From the IMG/VR virus record IMGVR_UViG_3300031963_000091: DNA of 20,000 nt. One strand, written 5' to 3'. The notes beneath the pieces were generated by a model. The model was not told the DNA's origin. It searched no databases and was given only the letters and a program-made list of their open reading frames with translations. Made by a program: the position numbers and the translations under genes. The DNA comes from an uncultured virus (IMG/VR IMGVR_UViG_3300031963_000091). Its lineage: Duplodnaviria > Heunggongvirae > Uroviricota > Caudoviricetes. Shown one piece after another: positions 13,058 to 20,000 of the stretch. The stretch's first letter is position 1, and each line of letters opens with the position of its first letter.

Positions 13058-13234
13058 TTATCGTGGAGTATTATCTTCTTTGCCTTCAAGACTTCGTACC
13101 ATCAATTCGGCAAATTTTTCCATCTTTTCAGCAGAAACTGTCTGTGGAGCATAGGTTATTGCGTCTTTAAGAGCAATAAGTTCATCCCATTCTTCTTTTG
13201 TAAGAACTTCAGTGCCAGTTTTTGCGAGAGTCAT
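13058..13234 (-). CDS. Hypothetical protein
   Basis: Likely start MTLAKTGTEV at 13234 (AAGGA upstream). Confidence 0.75.
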   Translation of the reverse strand: MTLAKTGTEVLTKEEWDELIALKDAITYAPQTVSAEKMEKFAELMVRSLEGKEDNTPR

Positions 13235-13322
13235 GAGTTCCTTGCGATGTGTCCCAATGTTAGCATTCCAATACACTACTATCTAGAAACTTAATGTTTT
13301 CTTTGGGATCATGTAACAGTTC

Positions 13323-13547
13323 TTAATCTCCGAAGAAGGAACCAAACATACCAGAGTCTCCTGGTTTACGATTTTCTAACTTGTCAAGGAGAGCATCTGT
13401 GCTAATAAGGGTGTCAATTTGCATAATCATATCGGCAATATGTTTAGCAACAAATGGTTTTTCTTGGCGAGCAGCATAGGATAATGCGTTTCTTAATGCT
13501 GCTTCTGCTTCTCTCAACGATTCTTCAACAGATTGTGATAGTGCCAT
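13323..13547 (-). CDS. Hypothetical helical protein
   Basis: Track ORF. Confidence 0.85.
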   Translation of the reverse strand: MALSQSVEESLREAEAALRNALSYAARQEKPFVAKHIADMIMQIDTLISTDALLDKLENRKPGDSGMFGSFFGD

Positions 13548-13744
13548 ACTTCGGGGTTCTCCAAGTCTTTACAACGGGGGTAGAAGATGCCGTCACGATA
13601 ACAGGCATATTCTGGATTTGGTTTATCATATTTTACCACATTTGGGGGATAATCTCTAACATTACAAAGTTCTCCTTGTTTTAGCATAAAGTTTTCAAAA
13701 CACAGACCAGCAACAAATGGGGCAAGAAACTGAAGAGTATACAT
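13514..13744 (-). CDS. Hypothetical Cys-containing protein
   Basis: Track ORF; TAATG coupling. Confidence 0.7.
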   Translation of the reverse strand: MYTLQFLAPFVAGLCFENFMLKQGELCNVRDYPPNVVKYDKPNPEYACYRDGIFYPRCKDLENPEVWHYHNLLKNR

Positions 13745-14268
13745 TATGTTTCAGGAGTCCATTCATAACCACCCGCTGCTTTGATTTTCTCATATTCGGC
13801 ATCAAGTAAGGCACGCTTGTTGTAGTATTCTGCCTCACGCAGATTATACTCACGGCACTTATCTCTTTCTTCTTGTTCTGCCGCAGCATCACACATCGCA
13901 TTCATTTCTTCTTCAGTGTATTGTTTATGTTCTTCTGGATAGTAAGTCTGTTCCCAAAAGTCAACCCAAGACTTCTTACATTCTGGTTAGGGATCATCCT
14001 TATCACAAGAAAGAGAAACTTTTACATCACCATCACGCAGGTCACCTACAGTTGCCTTCCAAGCAAGTTTAAACTTCTCATCAAACTCAATCAGATAATA
14101 CTCAAGAAACTCATAAGCAGCAGTCATCATGATTTCTGCTTTATCATTTTGATGTTCTTGGATTCTATCAATCGCAGCATCAATAATCTCACGAGCAGAA
14201 CAGATCTTGGTTGTTACCATCTCAAGATCATTCATTCTCCGCCAAACTTTGTCATAATCAACAGTCAT
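13744..14268 (-). pseudogene. 174-codon gene interrupted by one in-frame TAA (13989-13987)
   Basis: ...SCDKDDP*PECKKSWVDFWEQ...GGYEWTPET: the same frame stays open for 80 more sense codons to the stop at 13746-13744. Confidence 0.6.
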
Positions 14269-14440
14269 CTAGGTAGTCCTTGATTGCTTGCTCCATAATA
14301 ACGGATACTTCTTTGGATGTCAACCCATTCAACCAAGACCATTTTGGGTCTTCTGGATTCCAGTCCATTGTGAAGGATCCATCTTCATTTTGTGATATTT
14401 TAAGAGTATCAATCTCTTGGTTTGGGTTTGTTGCACTCAT
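14258..14440 (-). CDS. Hypothetical protein
   Basis: Track ORF. Confidence 0.8.
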   Translation of the reverse strand: MSATNPNQEIDTLKISQNEDGSFTMDWNPEDPKWSWLNGLTSKEVSVIMEQAIKDYLDDC

Positions 14441-14612
14441 TACAGTAAAAACTAAACTTTTCTTTAAAGTATTTTACCACCTGATAGTGGTTTTCATCAA
14501 GTGGTTTCTCAATTTCACACTTACTACAAACTCGGGTCTCTTTTTGCCTGCTTTCTAATCTTTTTGAGTTCTTTGAGTTCCATTTTAATATTTTGGTAAG
14601 CAGTCTCCACAT
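14409..14612 (-). CDS. Zinc-ribbon protein (start uncertain)
   Basis: RVCSKCEIEKPL...YCNEC; no ATG near the domain. Confidence 0.55.
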   Translation of the reverse strand: MWRLLTKILKWNSKNSKRLESRQKETRVCSKCEIEKPLDENHYQVVKYFKEKFSFYCNECNKPKPRD

Positions 14613-14706
14613 CTATTTTACCTCCCATCTCCAACGCAATAATGATGTCTGCTCTGGTTCCAAAATGTGCTAATGCCTTTTCAAAATTGTTTAGATCTTC
14701 ATACAT
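14524..14706 (-). CDS. Hypothetical cyanophage protein
   Basis: Track ORF. Confidence 0.8.
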   Translation of the reverse strand: MYEDLNNFEKALAHFGTRADIIIALEMGGKIDVETAYQNIKMELKELKKIRKQAKRDPSL

Positions 14707-14917
14707 CCTTTTTTATCCATAACTCACATGTCAAAATATCTATGCGTGCTTCAAGTGCATTTTCCATTTCATAGAGAGCATTAGTGAGTCCAATGTTTTC
14801 TTCTTCTAACACTTTTACACGATCTTCAAGTTGAGTGAGTCTATCATAAATGTCATCAGCAGGAAGTGAATCTGGAAATCCCCACTTCTTAAAAAACCAA
14901 TAAGGATCTTGTTTCAT
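14699..14917 (-). CDS. Hypothetical coiled-coil protein
   Basis: Heptad pattern RLTQLEDRVKVLEEEN. Confidence 0.8.
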   Translation of the reverse strand: MKQDPYWFFKKWGFPDSLPADDIYDRLTQLEDRVKVLEEENIGLTNALYEMENALEARIDILTCELWIKKDV

Positions 14918-15078
14918 AATACTCCAACTTCTTTCAAATAGTTACGATAGGCAGCATACCTCTGCCATTTTGGTTGGTTTGGGACATTTAGTTGATGACA
15001 GATCTCACAATAGCATAACCACTCATACCAAGGAGTAGTAGGATCTAATACATGATATGGATAGTCAGAGTTTTCCAC
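14914..15078 (-). CDS. Hypothetical protein, 54 aa (GTG start)
   Basis: Hand translation MENSDYPYHVLDPTTPWYEWLCYCEICHQLNVPNQPKWQRYAAYRNYLKEVGVL. Confidence 0.65.
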   Translation of the reverse strand: MENSDYPYHVLDPTTPWYEWLCYCEICHQLNVPNQPKWQRYAAYRNYLKEVGVL

Positions 15079-15289
15079 CTACTTCACCCGAATAAGATTT
15101 GGTTTCAGGGAAACCTTCCTGCCGTCCTTTAAGTAGAAAACGGGCACCTGATATACATGACTCTTCAGTGAGAGCCGAGACCAATCCATTTCCTTCTTTG
15201 TCATAAGTGTGCCAGAGAAATCGTCCTTCTACAACATAAAAACAATCGTCAATCAGTTTTTTATCTGGACTATCAAACGGATTCTTCAT
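15065..15289 (-). CDS. Hypothetical protein (ends VGGKL)
   Basis: Start moved to MKNPFDSPDKK at 15289. Confidence 0.8.
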   Translation of the reverse strand: MKNPFDSPDKKLIDDCFYVVEGRFLWHTYDKEGNGLVSALTEESCISGARFLLKGRQEGFPETKSYSGEVGGKL

Positions 15290-15494
15290 TTTTCTTGTTA
15301 AATCCAAAAGGTTGGTTTTCTGCTTCTTTTTCTAGACGAAGTTTCTGTGCCAAGGTGCAGACATTTTCGGCAACTTTAAGAATATCCTCTACTTTTGCAT
15401 CATTAGACATCCGACTTTTGATACATTCGTAGATGGGAAAGAAGATGTCTGCTGCTTCGGTTACTTCTTCAATTGTCAGTGGTTTTGTATTCAT
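15273..15494 (-). CDS. Hypothetical protein
   Basis: Track ORF. Confidence 0.8.
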   Translation of the reverse strand: MNTKPLTIEEVTEAADIFFPIYECIKSRMSNDAKVEDILKVAENVCTLAQKLRLEKEAENQPFGFNKKNEESV

Positions 15495-15639
15495 TGGGTC
15501 GTTTCAAATCAGGGTGAGGTGCATAAAGTGGTCCTTGATAATCGCCAGCATGGAGGTTTTTAAGTGCTTTTACGACTTCGGGCGTTTCTTCCCAATTCCA
15601 CTCATTTCCATTTTTGTCGGTAAAGGTTCTAATCGTCAT
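15469..15639 (-). CDS. Hypothetical protein, 56 aa
   Basis: Hand translation MTIRTFTDKNGNEWNWEETPEVVKALKNLHAG... Confidence 0.7.
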   Translation of the reverse strand: MTIRTFTDKNGNEWNWEETPEVVKALKNLHAGDYQGPLYAPHPDLKRPNEYKTTDN

Positions 15640-15802
15640 ACTTGTAACTCAATTTAATGTCTTTCTTTTTTAGATTGTAGCGATCAATGTGCTTCTTACG
15701 ATGCTCTTCCGTTTGGAAATAACATTTGCGTTTTTCTTTTCCATCTTGATAAACCAACTTCCAAGGAAACTGATCAAACGGAAACTCTTCGGTGTAGTCC
15801 AT
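15629..15802 (-). CDS. Hypothetical protein, 57 aa
   Basis: Hand translation MDYTEEFPFDQFPWKLVYQDGKEKRKCYFQTEEHRKKHIDRYNL...; TGATG coupling. Confidence 0.75.
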   Translation of the reverse strand: MDYTEEFPFDQFPWKLVYQDGKEKRKCYFQTEEHRKKHIDRYNLKKKDIKLSYKYDD

Positions 15803-15972
15803 CACCTAAACTCATCAATTACAAAACGATAAGGGAGCATCCCCCTCAACTTCTCCAGTATAGCACCATATTCCTTAAATCGTCTATCCCCTGCGATAAA
15901 ACACCTTTGACGACGCCAAATAGCATCAATCATCAGTTCCAATTCTTCGTTGGTAAATTGTGATTCTGGCAT
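15802..15972 (-). CDS. Hypothetical helical protein
   Basis: Start moved to MPESQFTNEE at 15972. Confidence 0.75.
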   Translation of the reverse strand: MPESQFTNEELELMIDAIWRRQRCFIAGDRRFKEYGAILEKLRGMLPYRFVIDEFR

Positions 15973-15976
15973 TGGT

Positions 15977-16138
15977 TCAGGTTGGTTGCTCTCTGTTTTG
16001 GGTGTAGACTTCATCGAAAAGCTCATCAAGAATCGCGCTACATTCCCAATACTCTGGACTGTCATTAATACACCTCTCTATTTGATAACGACGAACTGCT
16101 GTGTGAATAAGTTTCCATTGGTCTTGTCTGAATTCCAT
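15977..16138 (-). CDS. Hypothetical helical protein, 53 aa
   Basis: Hand translation MEFRQDQWKLIHTAVRRYQIERCINDSPEYWECSAILDELFDEVYTQNREQPT; AGGAG upstream. Confidence 0.75.
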   Translation of the reverse strand: MEFRQDQWKLIHTAVRRYQIERCINDSPEYWECSAILDELFDEVYTQNREQPT

Positions 16139-16139
16139 A

Positions 16140-16613
16140 CTATTCTCCTAGTGTATGAATCACTGGTTTTTCGTGTGCCAGAATATGATAGAGTTCTGTG
16201 TTCTTTGCTGCAGATACGGGAACAAACTCTGTCTCTGGATCAAACTCATCGTCACGGATTGCCTGGTTAATCACAATCGAACCATCTTCACCAGAGTATG
16301 AACGATGGAAGGTCATTTTGGGAATCACCAAAGCACCAGAACTACGATTCAGGTGAACAATATGATAAGGATAACGCCACTCTGGATTCACCAACTCAAA
16401 TGTGCGAATACCAGATAAAACACGGTTGTGGTCTATCTGGTGATAATGAATATAAAACTGCTTCGCACCTACAATATCATCTGGTGGTGAAATAGCAGGA
16501 CCAGTATGACACACAAGGTCTTGTGCGTTAGAGTTCTCTACGGAAATATCATAGAATACAACCGCTTCTGTTTCACGGAATACTCTATGCTTCTTAAAGG
16601 TTACTTCGCTCAT
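16140..16613 (-). CDS. Cupin-fold (RmlC-like) protein
   Basis: FYIHYHQIDHNRVLSG...LVIPKMTFHRS matches cupin motifs 1 and 2. Confidence 0.65.
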   Translation of the reverse strand: MSEVTFKKHRVFRETEAVVFYDISVENSNAQDLVCHTGPAISPPDDIVGAKQFYIHYHQIDHNRVLSGIRTFELVNPEWRYPYHIVHLNRSSGALVIPKMTFHRSYSGEDGSIVINQAIRDDEFDPETEFVPVSAAKNTELYHILAHEKPVIHTLGE

Positions 16614-16807
16614 TAGTCGTACAAGTTTTGCTCTTGTTGTATTCTATCTATGTGATGATAAATGGTTGCTTCAGAATACTTAAACTCCTTAAAACGGCGT
16701 GGATTATTCTTTTTCATTTTAGTAAGCATATTAATCCACTGATAGCGACTATCCACTATCCAACCATATCTACGCTCATCATGGAACATATCAAATAGTG
16801 AAATCAT
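16613..16807 (-). CDS. Hypothetical protein
   Basis: Track ORF with coupled overlaps. Confidence 0.75.
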   Translation of the reverse strand: MISLFDMFHDERRYGWIVDSRYQWINMLTKMKKNNPRRFKEFKYSEATIYHHIDRIQQEQNLYD

Positions 16808-16995
16808 TTGAACCCCTTACTCTTCTTTTTATCAAGAACTTCAATATGACTTACAAAGTTTGATGGAGTCTGAAACCACGCTGCCTGAACATCCATATAG
16901 TCCTCAAAGAAAACTTCCTGCCCATTACTATAAACCAACTTATAGTTGTGCCTATCGTATGGTTCGTCTGATGTTTGTTTGAATGTTTCAGTCAT
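16804..16995 (-). CDS. Hypothetical protein (PYDRHNYK...KGFK)
   Basis: Track ORF. Confidence 0.8.
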   Translation of the reverse strand: MTETFKQTSDEPYDRHNYKLVYSNGQEVFFEDYMDVQAAWFQTPSNFVSHIEVLDKKKSKGFK

Positions 16996-17237
16996 TTTTC
17001 GTAAACGGGACGAGTGTTATTACAGTAAAGAAAATACTTGTATTCAGCAAGATTGGAAGCAGTCCATCTTACTATATCACATCCTTTGTAGGTGTCAACA
17101 ACTTCAGCAGATGGTTTTAGTTCTGTGCCATTGCGTAGAAGAAAGGCAAGACCAAGAATAATAATACCTACAATAATACCAATAGAACCAGCACCACGCA
17201 GGAATTCTTTCAAAAATTGTTTATCGTCATTAGTCAT
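16992..17237 (-). CDS. Membrane-anchored hypothetical protein
   Basis: TM segment IGIIVGIIILGLAFLL. Confidence 0.8.
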   Translation of the reverse strand: MTNDDKQFLKEFLRGAGSIGIIVGIIILGLAFLLRNGTELKPSAEVVDTYKGCDIVRWTASNLAEYKYFLYCNNTRPVYEK

Positions 17238-17407
17238 TGGTCTTTTACCTTACAAGACGAAGTACATACTAAATCACCAGAAGACCCAGACACAGTAGAA
17301 GTATGTTGAGGTGTCCTCTCTGGTGTTAGATTATAGGACACAATCGCAGAAATGAAAAACGCAAGTGCTGGAATCGCAACATATTGGAGATAAGTTTTAC
17401 TGCTCAT
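17234..17407 (-). CDS. Membrane-anchored peptide, 57 aa
   Basis: Hand translation MSSKTYLQYVAIPALAFFISAIVSYNL...CTSSCKVKDQ. Confidence 0.7.
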   Translation of the reverse strand: MSSKTYLQYVAIPALAFFISAIVSYNLTPERTPQHTSTVSGSSGDLVCTSSCKVKDQ

Positions 17408-17680
17408 TTAACTTCTTCCCCGAAGGTTCCAAGGATCAACACCAGGAGGAATAGGAGCATCCCAGTCATCATCATAACTCTCACCCATACTCTCTAAAAT
17501 ACTGCGAGCAAAAGAAACCAAAGAATACTTTTCCCCATCAGCAAATACCTCATAATCATGTGGTGGATATTCATAATAATCTCCACCACCTTTACCATCA
17601 TAGCAGTGAGTTTCTCTTGCTAGAATTTTGAGTTCTTTAAGTAGAAATGTAAGTTTTTGTTCGTCAGTCACAGGTTTCAT
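17408..17680 (-). CDS. Hypothetical protein
   Basis: Track ORF, ATG at 17680. Confidence 0.75.
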   Translation of the reverse strand: MKPVTDEQKLTFLLKELKILARETHCYDGKGGGDYYEYPPHDYEVFADGEKYSLVSFARSILESMGESYDDDWDAPIPPGVDPWNLRGRS

Positions 17681-17852
17681 CACTCCAAAAATATTTTAAT
17701 TCATTATCTTTTGCTACAATATTGAGATGATAAATTTTATTATCTTGTGTATAGCACCCAATCCATAAAGCATTTTCCGTCATACTTTCAAGATGAAACA
17801 TCTCAACATCTTTCAGCACAATCTCATCAGGGTTTTCGGTGAATCTACTCAT
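17664..17852 (-). CDS. Hypothetical protein
   Basis: Track ORF. Confidence 0.8.
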   Translation of the reverse strand: MSRFTENPDEIVLKDVEMFHLESMTENALWIGCYTQDNKIYHLNIVAKDNELKYFWSDETCD

Positions 17853-18112
17853 TTATAAGGGTTCTCCATTTGATCTACGATTGCCATAAAGAAAGCAACT
17901 CTGTCTTTTTCATAATCTACATCAACCTGATGATCGTCGCAGAGTTTTGTAACAGCAAGTTGATCGTGAGTTTGATAACTGTAATTAAACTTACCATACT
18001 CAATATGATCCAGAAACTTTTGTTTCATCACCTCAAAGATAAGTGCGAGTTCTTCTTGAGTCAGTTCAGTTTCTCTTTCAGTGGGAGAATGTCCATTAAA
18101 TGCGATTTTCAT
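17849..18112 (-). CDS. Hypothetical protein
   Basis: Track ORF; ATGA coupling. Confidence 0.8.
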   Translation of the reverse strand: MKIAFNGHSPTERETELTQEELALIFEVMKQKFLDHIEYGKFNYSYQTHDQLAVTKLCDDHQVDVDYEKDRVAFFMAIVDQMENPYK

Positions 18113-18408
18113 TTCAATACCTCATCAACATCAATACCATCAGGTAATCCAGCAATACCAAGTTTAAATCTTACAAAAGAAATAAAGTCAATTGCATCTT
18201 GTTCATAAACATAATGTCCACCATTGTTATCACTTTCGGTGTAATTGGTGAAGTAATCATCAAACACCATCATAATCGCAAGAGCACGGGATTGGTCATG
18301 TTCTGTGATAGTTTTATGAGGATGTGCGACAATCTTTGTGATACACTCAAACAACTCTTCACGAGTGTATGAGAATGCTTTTGCTTCTGGGTTGAGATTG
18401 TAAGTCAT
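18109..18408 (-). CDS. Hypothetical protein
   Basis: Track ORF; ATGA coupling. Confidence 0.8.
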   Translation of the reverse strand: MTYNLNPEAKAFSYTREELFECITKIVAHPHKTITEHDQSRALAIMMVFDDYFTNYTESDNNGGHYVYEQDAIDFISFVRFKLGIAGLPDGIDVDEVLK

Positions 18409-18989
18409 TTTACAAGAAGTTCAAGAAGGTCTGCGGCTTGATTACAGATTATACCATGTTTAGTGAAGTATTGGTCAACCATTTCTTCATTTTGAGCCCA
18501 AGAACGAAGTTCAAGTGCAAGTTCTGCAGCGAGTTCTTGATGTTCAATTCTTGCAAGTTGTTTCATTGCATCTGAGTGTTCTCCAATAAAGTTCTTTGCG
18601 ATTTCTAGAACTTGATTCTCTTTTTCTGTTAATTCTACTTCTTCCAACATAGATTCATCCCAAGGTTTCTGTCCAAAATTTTCATAATCAATTCCAAGTG
18701 ATTCTAATGCTGCTTTGTTTTCTGCTTCTCGTTTTGCGGCAACTTCAAGCATTTCTTCGTGAGTCATCTCTTTAAGCTCTAATTTCATTTCTGGAGTTTG
18801 GATTTTTCCCCAAGAACTACCATCAACTGCGAAAGTTTCTTTTCCTTTATCATAAAATCTCAACTTATTATCATTCATAAGTTCTCGGATTTTCTCCTTT
18901 CCGTATTGTGTGAGTTCTTGTTTGTTCTTACGAAGTTCTTGAACTTCCTCATCAGTCAATCCAATCACCCACGGCATATCTTCACTCAT
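18405..18989 (-). CDS. Hypothetical Glu/Lys-rich helical protein
   Basis: Track ORF, 194 aa. Confidence 0.8.
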   Translation of the reverse strand: MSEDMPWVIGLTDEEVQELRKNKQELTQYGKEKIRELMNDNKLRFYDKGKETFAVDGSSWGKIQTPEMKLELKEMTHEEMLEVAAKREAENKAALESLGIDYENFGQKPWDESMLEEVELTEKENQVLEIAKNFIGEHSDAMKQLARIEHQELAAELALELRSWAQNEEMVDQYFTKHGIICNQAADLLELLVK

Positions 18990-19134
18990 TAAAACTCTCC
19001 TGAAACTCTTTCCAGCGTTTGTCTAATTGACTGTCCATCCAACCCCAGACACCGTGTTCCATACCATCAACACCAGCAACTTCAATCTCATCTTGAATAA
19101 GACGGCGGAGCATTTCAATTTGTTCGTCAGTCAT
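18982..19134 (-). CDS. Hypothetical protein, 50 aa
   Basis: Hand translation MTDEQIEMLRRLIQDEIEVAGVDGMEHGVWGWMDSQLDKRWKEFQESFNE. Confidence 0.75.
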   Translation of the reverse strand: MTDEQIEMLRRLIQDEIEVAGVDGMEHGVWGWMDSQLDKRWKEFQESFNE

Positions 19135-19361
19135 TTCCGTGCCTCCCAAAATCTACCATCAGGTCTACAAGAATAATCAAGTTCTTTCCATCGTTCTGAT
19201 CTCAACATATCACAAAACCTATTTTCATTACCAGTTACAGGATTTTGTGTTGTATTTGGAGAGGCACAAGTATCATAATGATAAGTTCCAGAGAGAATAT
19301 GAGAAATCCAATCCTTACGATAATGCTTACAATCCTTACAAAGAAGAATAGGTTCAGTCAT
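19131..19361 (-). CDS. Cys-rich hypothetical protein
   Basis: LCKDCKHY...C...CDMLR...C.PDGRFWE. Confidence 0.8.
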   Translation of the reverse strand: MTEPILLCKDCKHYRKDWISHILSGTYHYDTCASPNTTQNPVTGNENRFCDMLRSERWKELDYSCRPDGRFWEARK

Positions 19362-19531
19362 TCATCTTCCTCATAAGGGAACATTTCATCATACTCTTCA
19401 TCAGTCAGAGTAAGATACTGAACATTAGCGTTCTTGTGCTCTTCGGCATACATCAACTGATAGTGTGCGAAGTCAGAGAGACTTGTGCTCCCATATTCTA
19501 CCACACCATCAACCAAACACAAGTAGTTCAT
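19358..19531 (-). CDS. Hypothetical acidic protein, 57 aa
   Basis: Hand translation MNYLCLVDGVVEYGSTSLSDFAHYQLMYAEEHK...FPYEEDE; ATGA overlaps. Confidence 0.75.
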   Translation of the reverse strand: MNYLCLVDGVVEYGSTSLSDFAHYQLMYAEEHKNANVQYLTLTDEEYDEMFPYEEDE

Positions 19532-19722
19532 AGCACCTCAGCAACAGTTTCAACATCCCATCCTGGTATAATACTATAAAACCATTCCATATGTTCATCA
19601 TATTCAGAATCTTCCAGTTCAAGAACTCCATTAATTCGTTCACTTACTGCAAGTGCTTCCTCTTCTGTATCAAATGTCAAAAGACAAGTTTGTGTTTCTG
19701 TTACTAAAACTTCGTAAGTCAT
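19528..19722 (-). CDS. Hypothetical acidic protein
   Basis: Track ORF. Confidence 0.75.
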   Translation of the reverse strand: MTYEVLVTETQTCLLTFDTEEEALAVSERINGVLELEDSEYDEHMEWFYSIIPGWDVETVAEVL

Positions 19723-19880
19723 CGGATGTAAAGATGTTGTTTGTTTACAATCATATGATCCAGAACCTGTGCGAGTTTCTGTTCATATGTGGGATTATCA
19801 TGCTTCATACACTCCACATAAGCATCATGCAGACGAGCATAAAGATCTTCCCAGTGTGTTTTGTCAATCGGTTTAATCAT
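19719..19880 (-). CDS. Hypothetical protein, 53 aa
   Basis: Hand translation MIKPIDKTHWEDLYARLHDAYVECMKHDNPTYEQKLAQVLDHMIVNKQHLYIR; GGAGG upstream. Confidence 0.75.
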   Translation of the reverse strand: MIKPIDKTHWEDLYARLHDAYVECMKHDNPTYEQKLAQVLDHMIVNKQHLYIR

Positions 19881-19999
19881 AATACCTCCCAATCACATTC
19901 CCAATGACAATCGTTGCTTACATTGACCCAGAAGAAGTATTTCTGGTTCTCTGATGCGAGAAACAGCATACCATCACCTTTATCTTGCTCTACAATACA
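19877..19999 (-). CDS. Hypothetical protein (5' end outside window)
   Basis: ...CIVEQDKGDGMLFLASENQKYFFWVNVSNDCHWECDWEVL*. Confidence 0.7.
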   Translation of the reverse strand, partial: CIVEQDKGDGMLFLASENQKYFFWVNVSNDCHWECDWEVL

Positions 20000-20000
20000 G

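Noticed and set aside
13290..13330. Pho box, NtcA or HLR1 site upstream of ORF 13234
   Set aside because: Only partial matches (GTA-N8-TAA, a single GTTACA); too weak to call.
13987..13989. Stop-codon reassignment (alternative genetic code)
   Set aside because: TAA, TAG and TGA all end neighbouring coupled genes normally; only one internal stop was seen.
1..20000. tRNA or rRNA genes
   Set aside because: No cloverleaf or T-loop context found by eye; tRNAscan-SE would confirm.

Overview
The window looks like the early/host-takeover region of a T4-like cyanophage (cyanomyovirus). Support: a phage-type CP12, T4-type late promoters (TATAAATA/ATAAATA), and about 60 densely packed, mostly small minus-strand ORFs. 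About 20 of these are under 60 aa or run off the window edge, were missed by the ORF track, and were translated by hand. Recognisable products are a PD-(D/E)XK restriction-like nuclease (partial), an ATP-dependent ligase/nucleotidyltransferase-fold protein, a Gly-rich adhesin-like protein with a Cys-rich partner, an RlpA-like lytic transglycosylase, an HEXXH metallopeptidase, an HNH endonuclease, a beta-class DNA methyltransferase coupled to a ParB/DGQHR-like protein, CP12 and a cupin. The strongest signals are non-coding. (1) Eleven copies of a GTG(C/A/GA)CA-N10-TG(G/T)CAC-type palindrome occur, ten of them a fixed 35-37 nt from a -10 box and often embedded in the 3' end of the upstream gene. 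(2) One copy is bidirectional and appears to drive a structured plus-strand RNA opposite the ligase-like gene. (3) An origin-like locus at about 2941-3806 has 14 AGATC sites, iteron-like repeats, a 7x11-bp tandem array, matching inverted repeats, divergent sigma70 promoters and an AT-rich tract. All family calls come from motif recognition by eye; no database searches were run.
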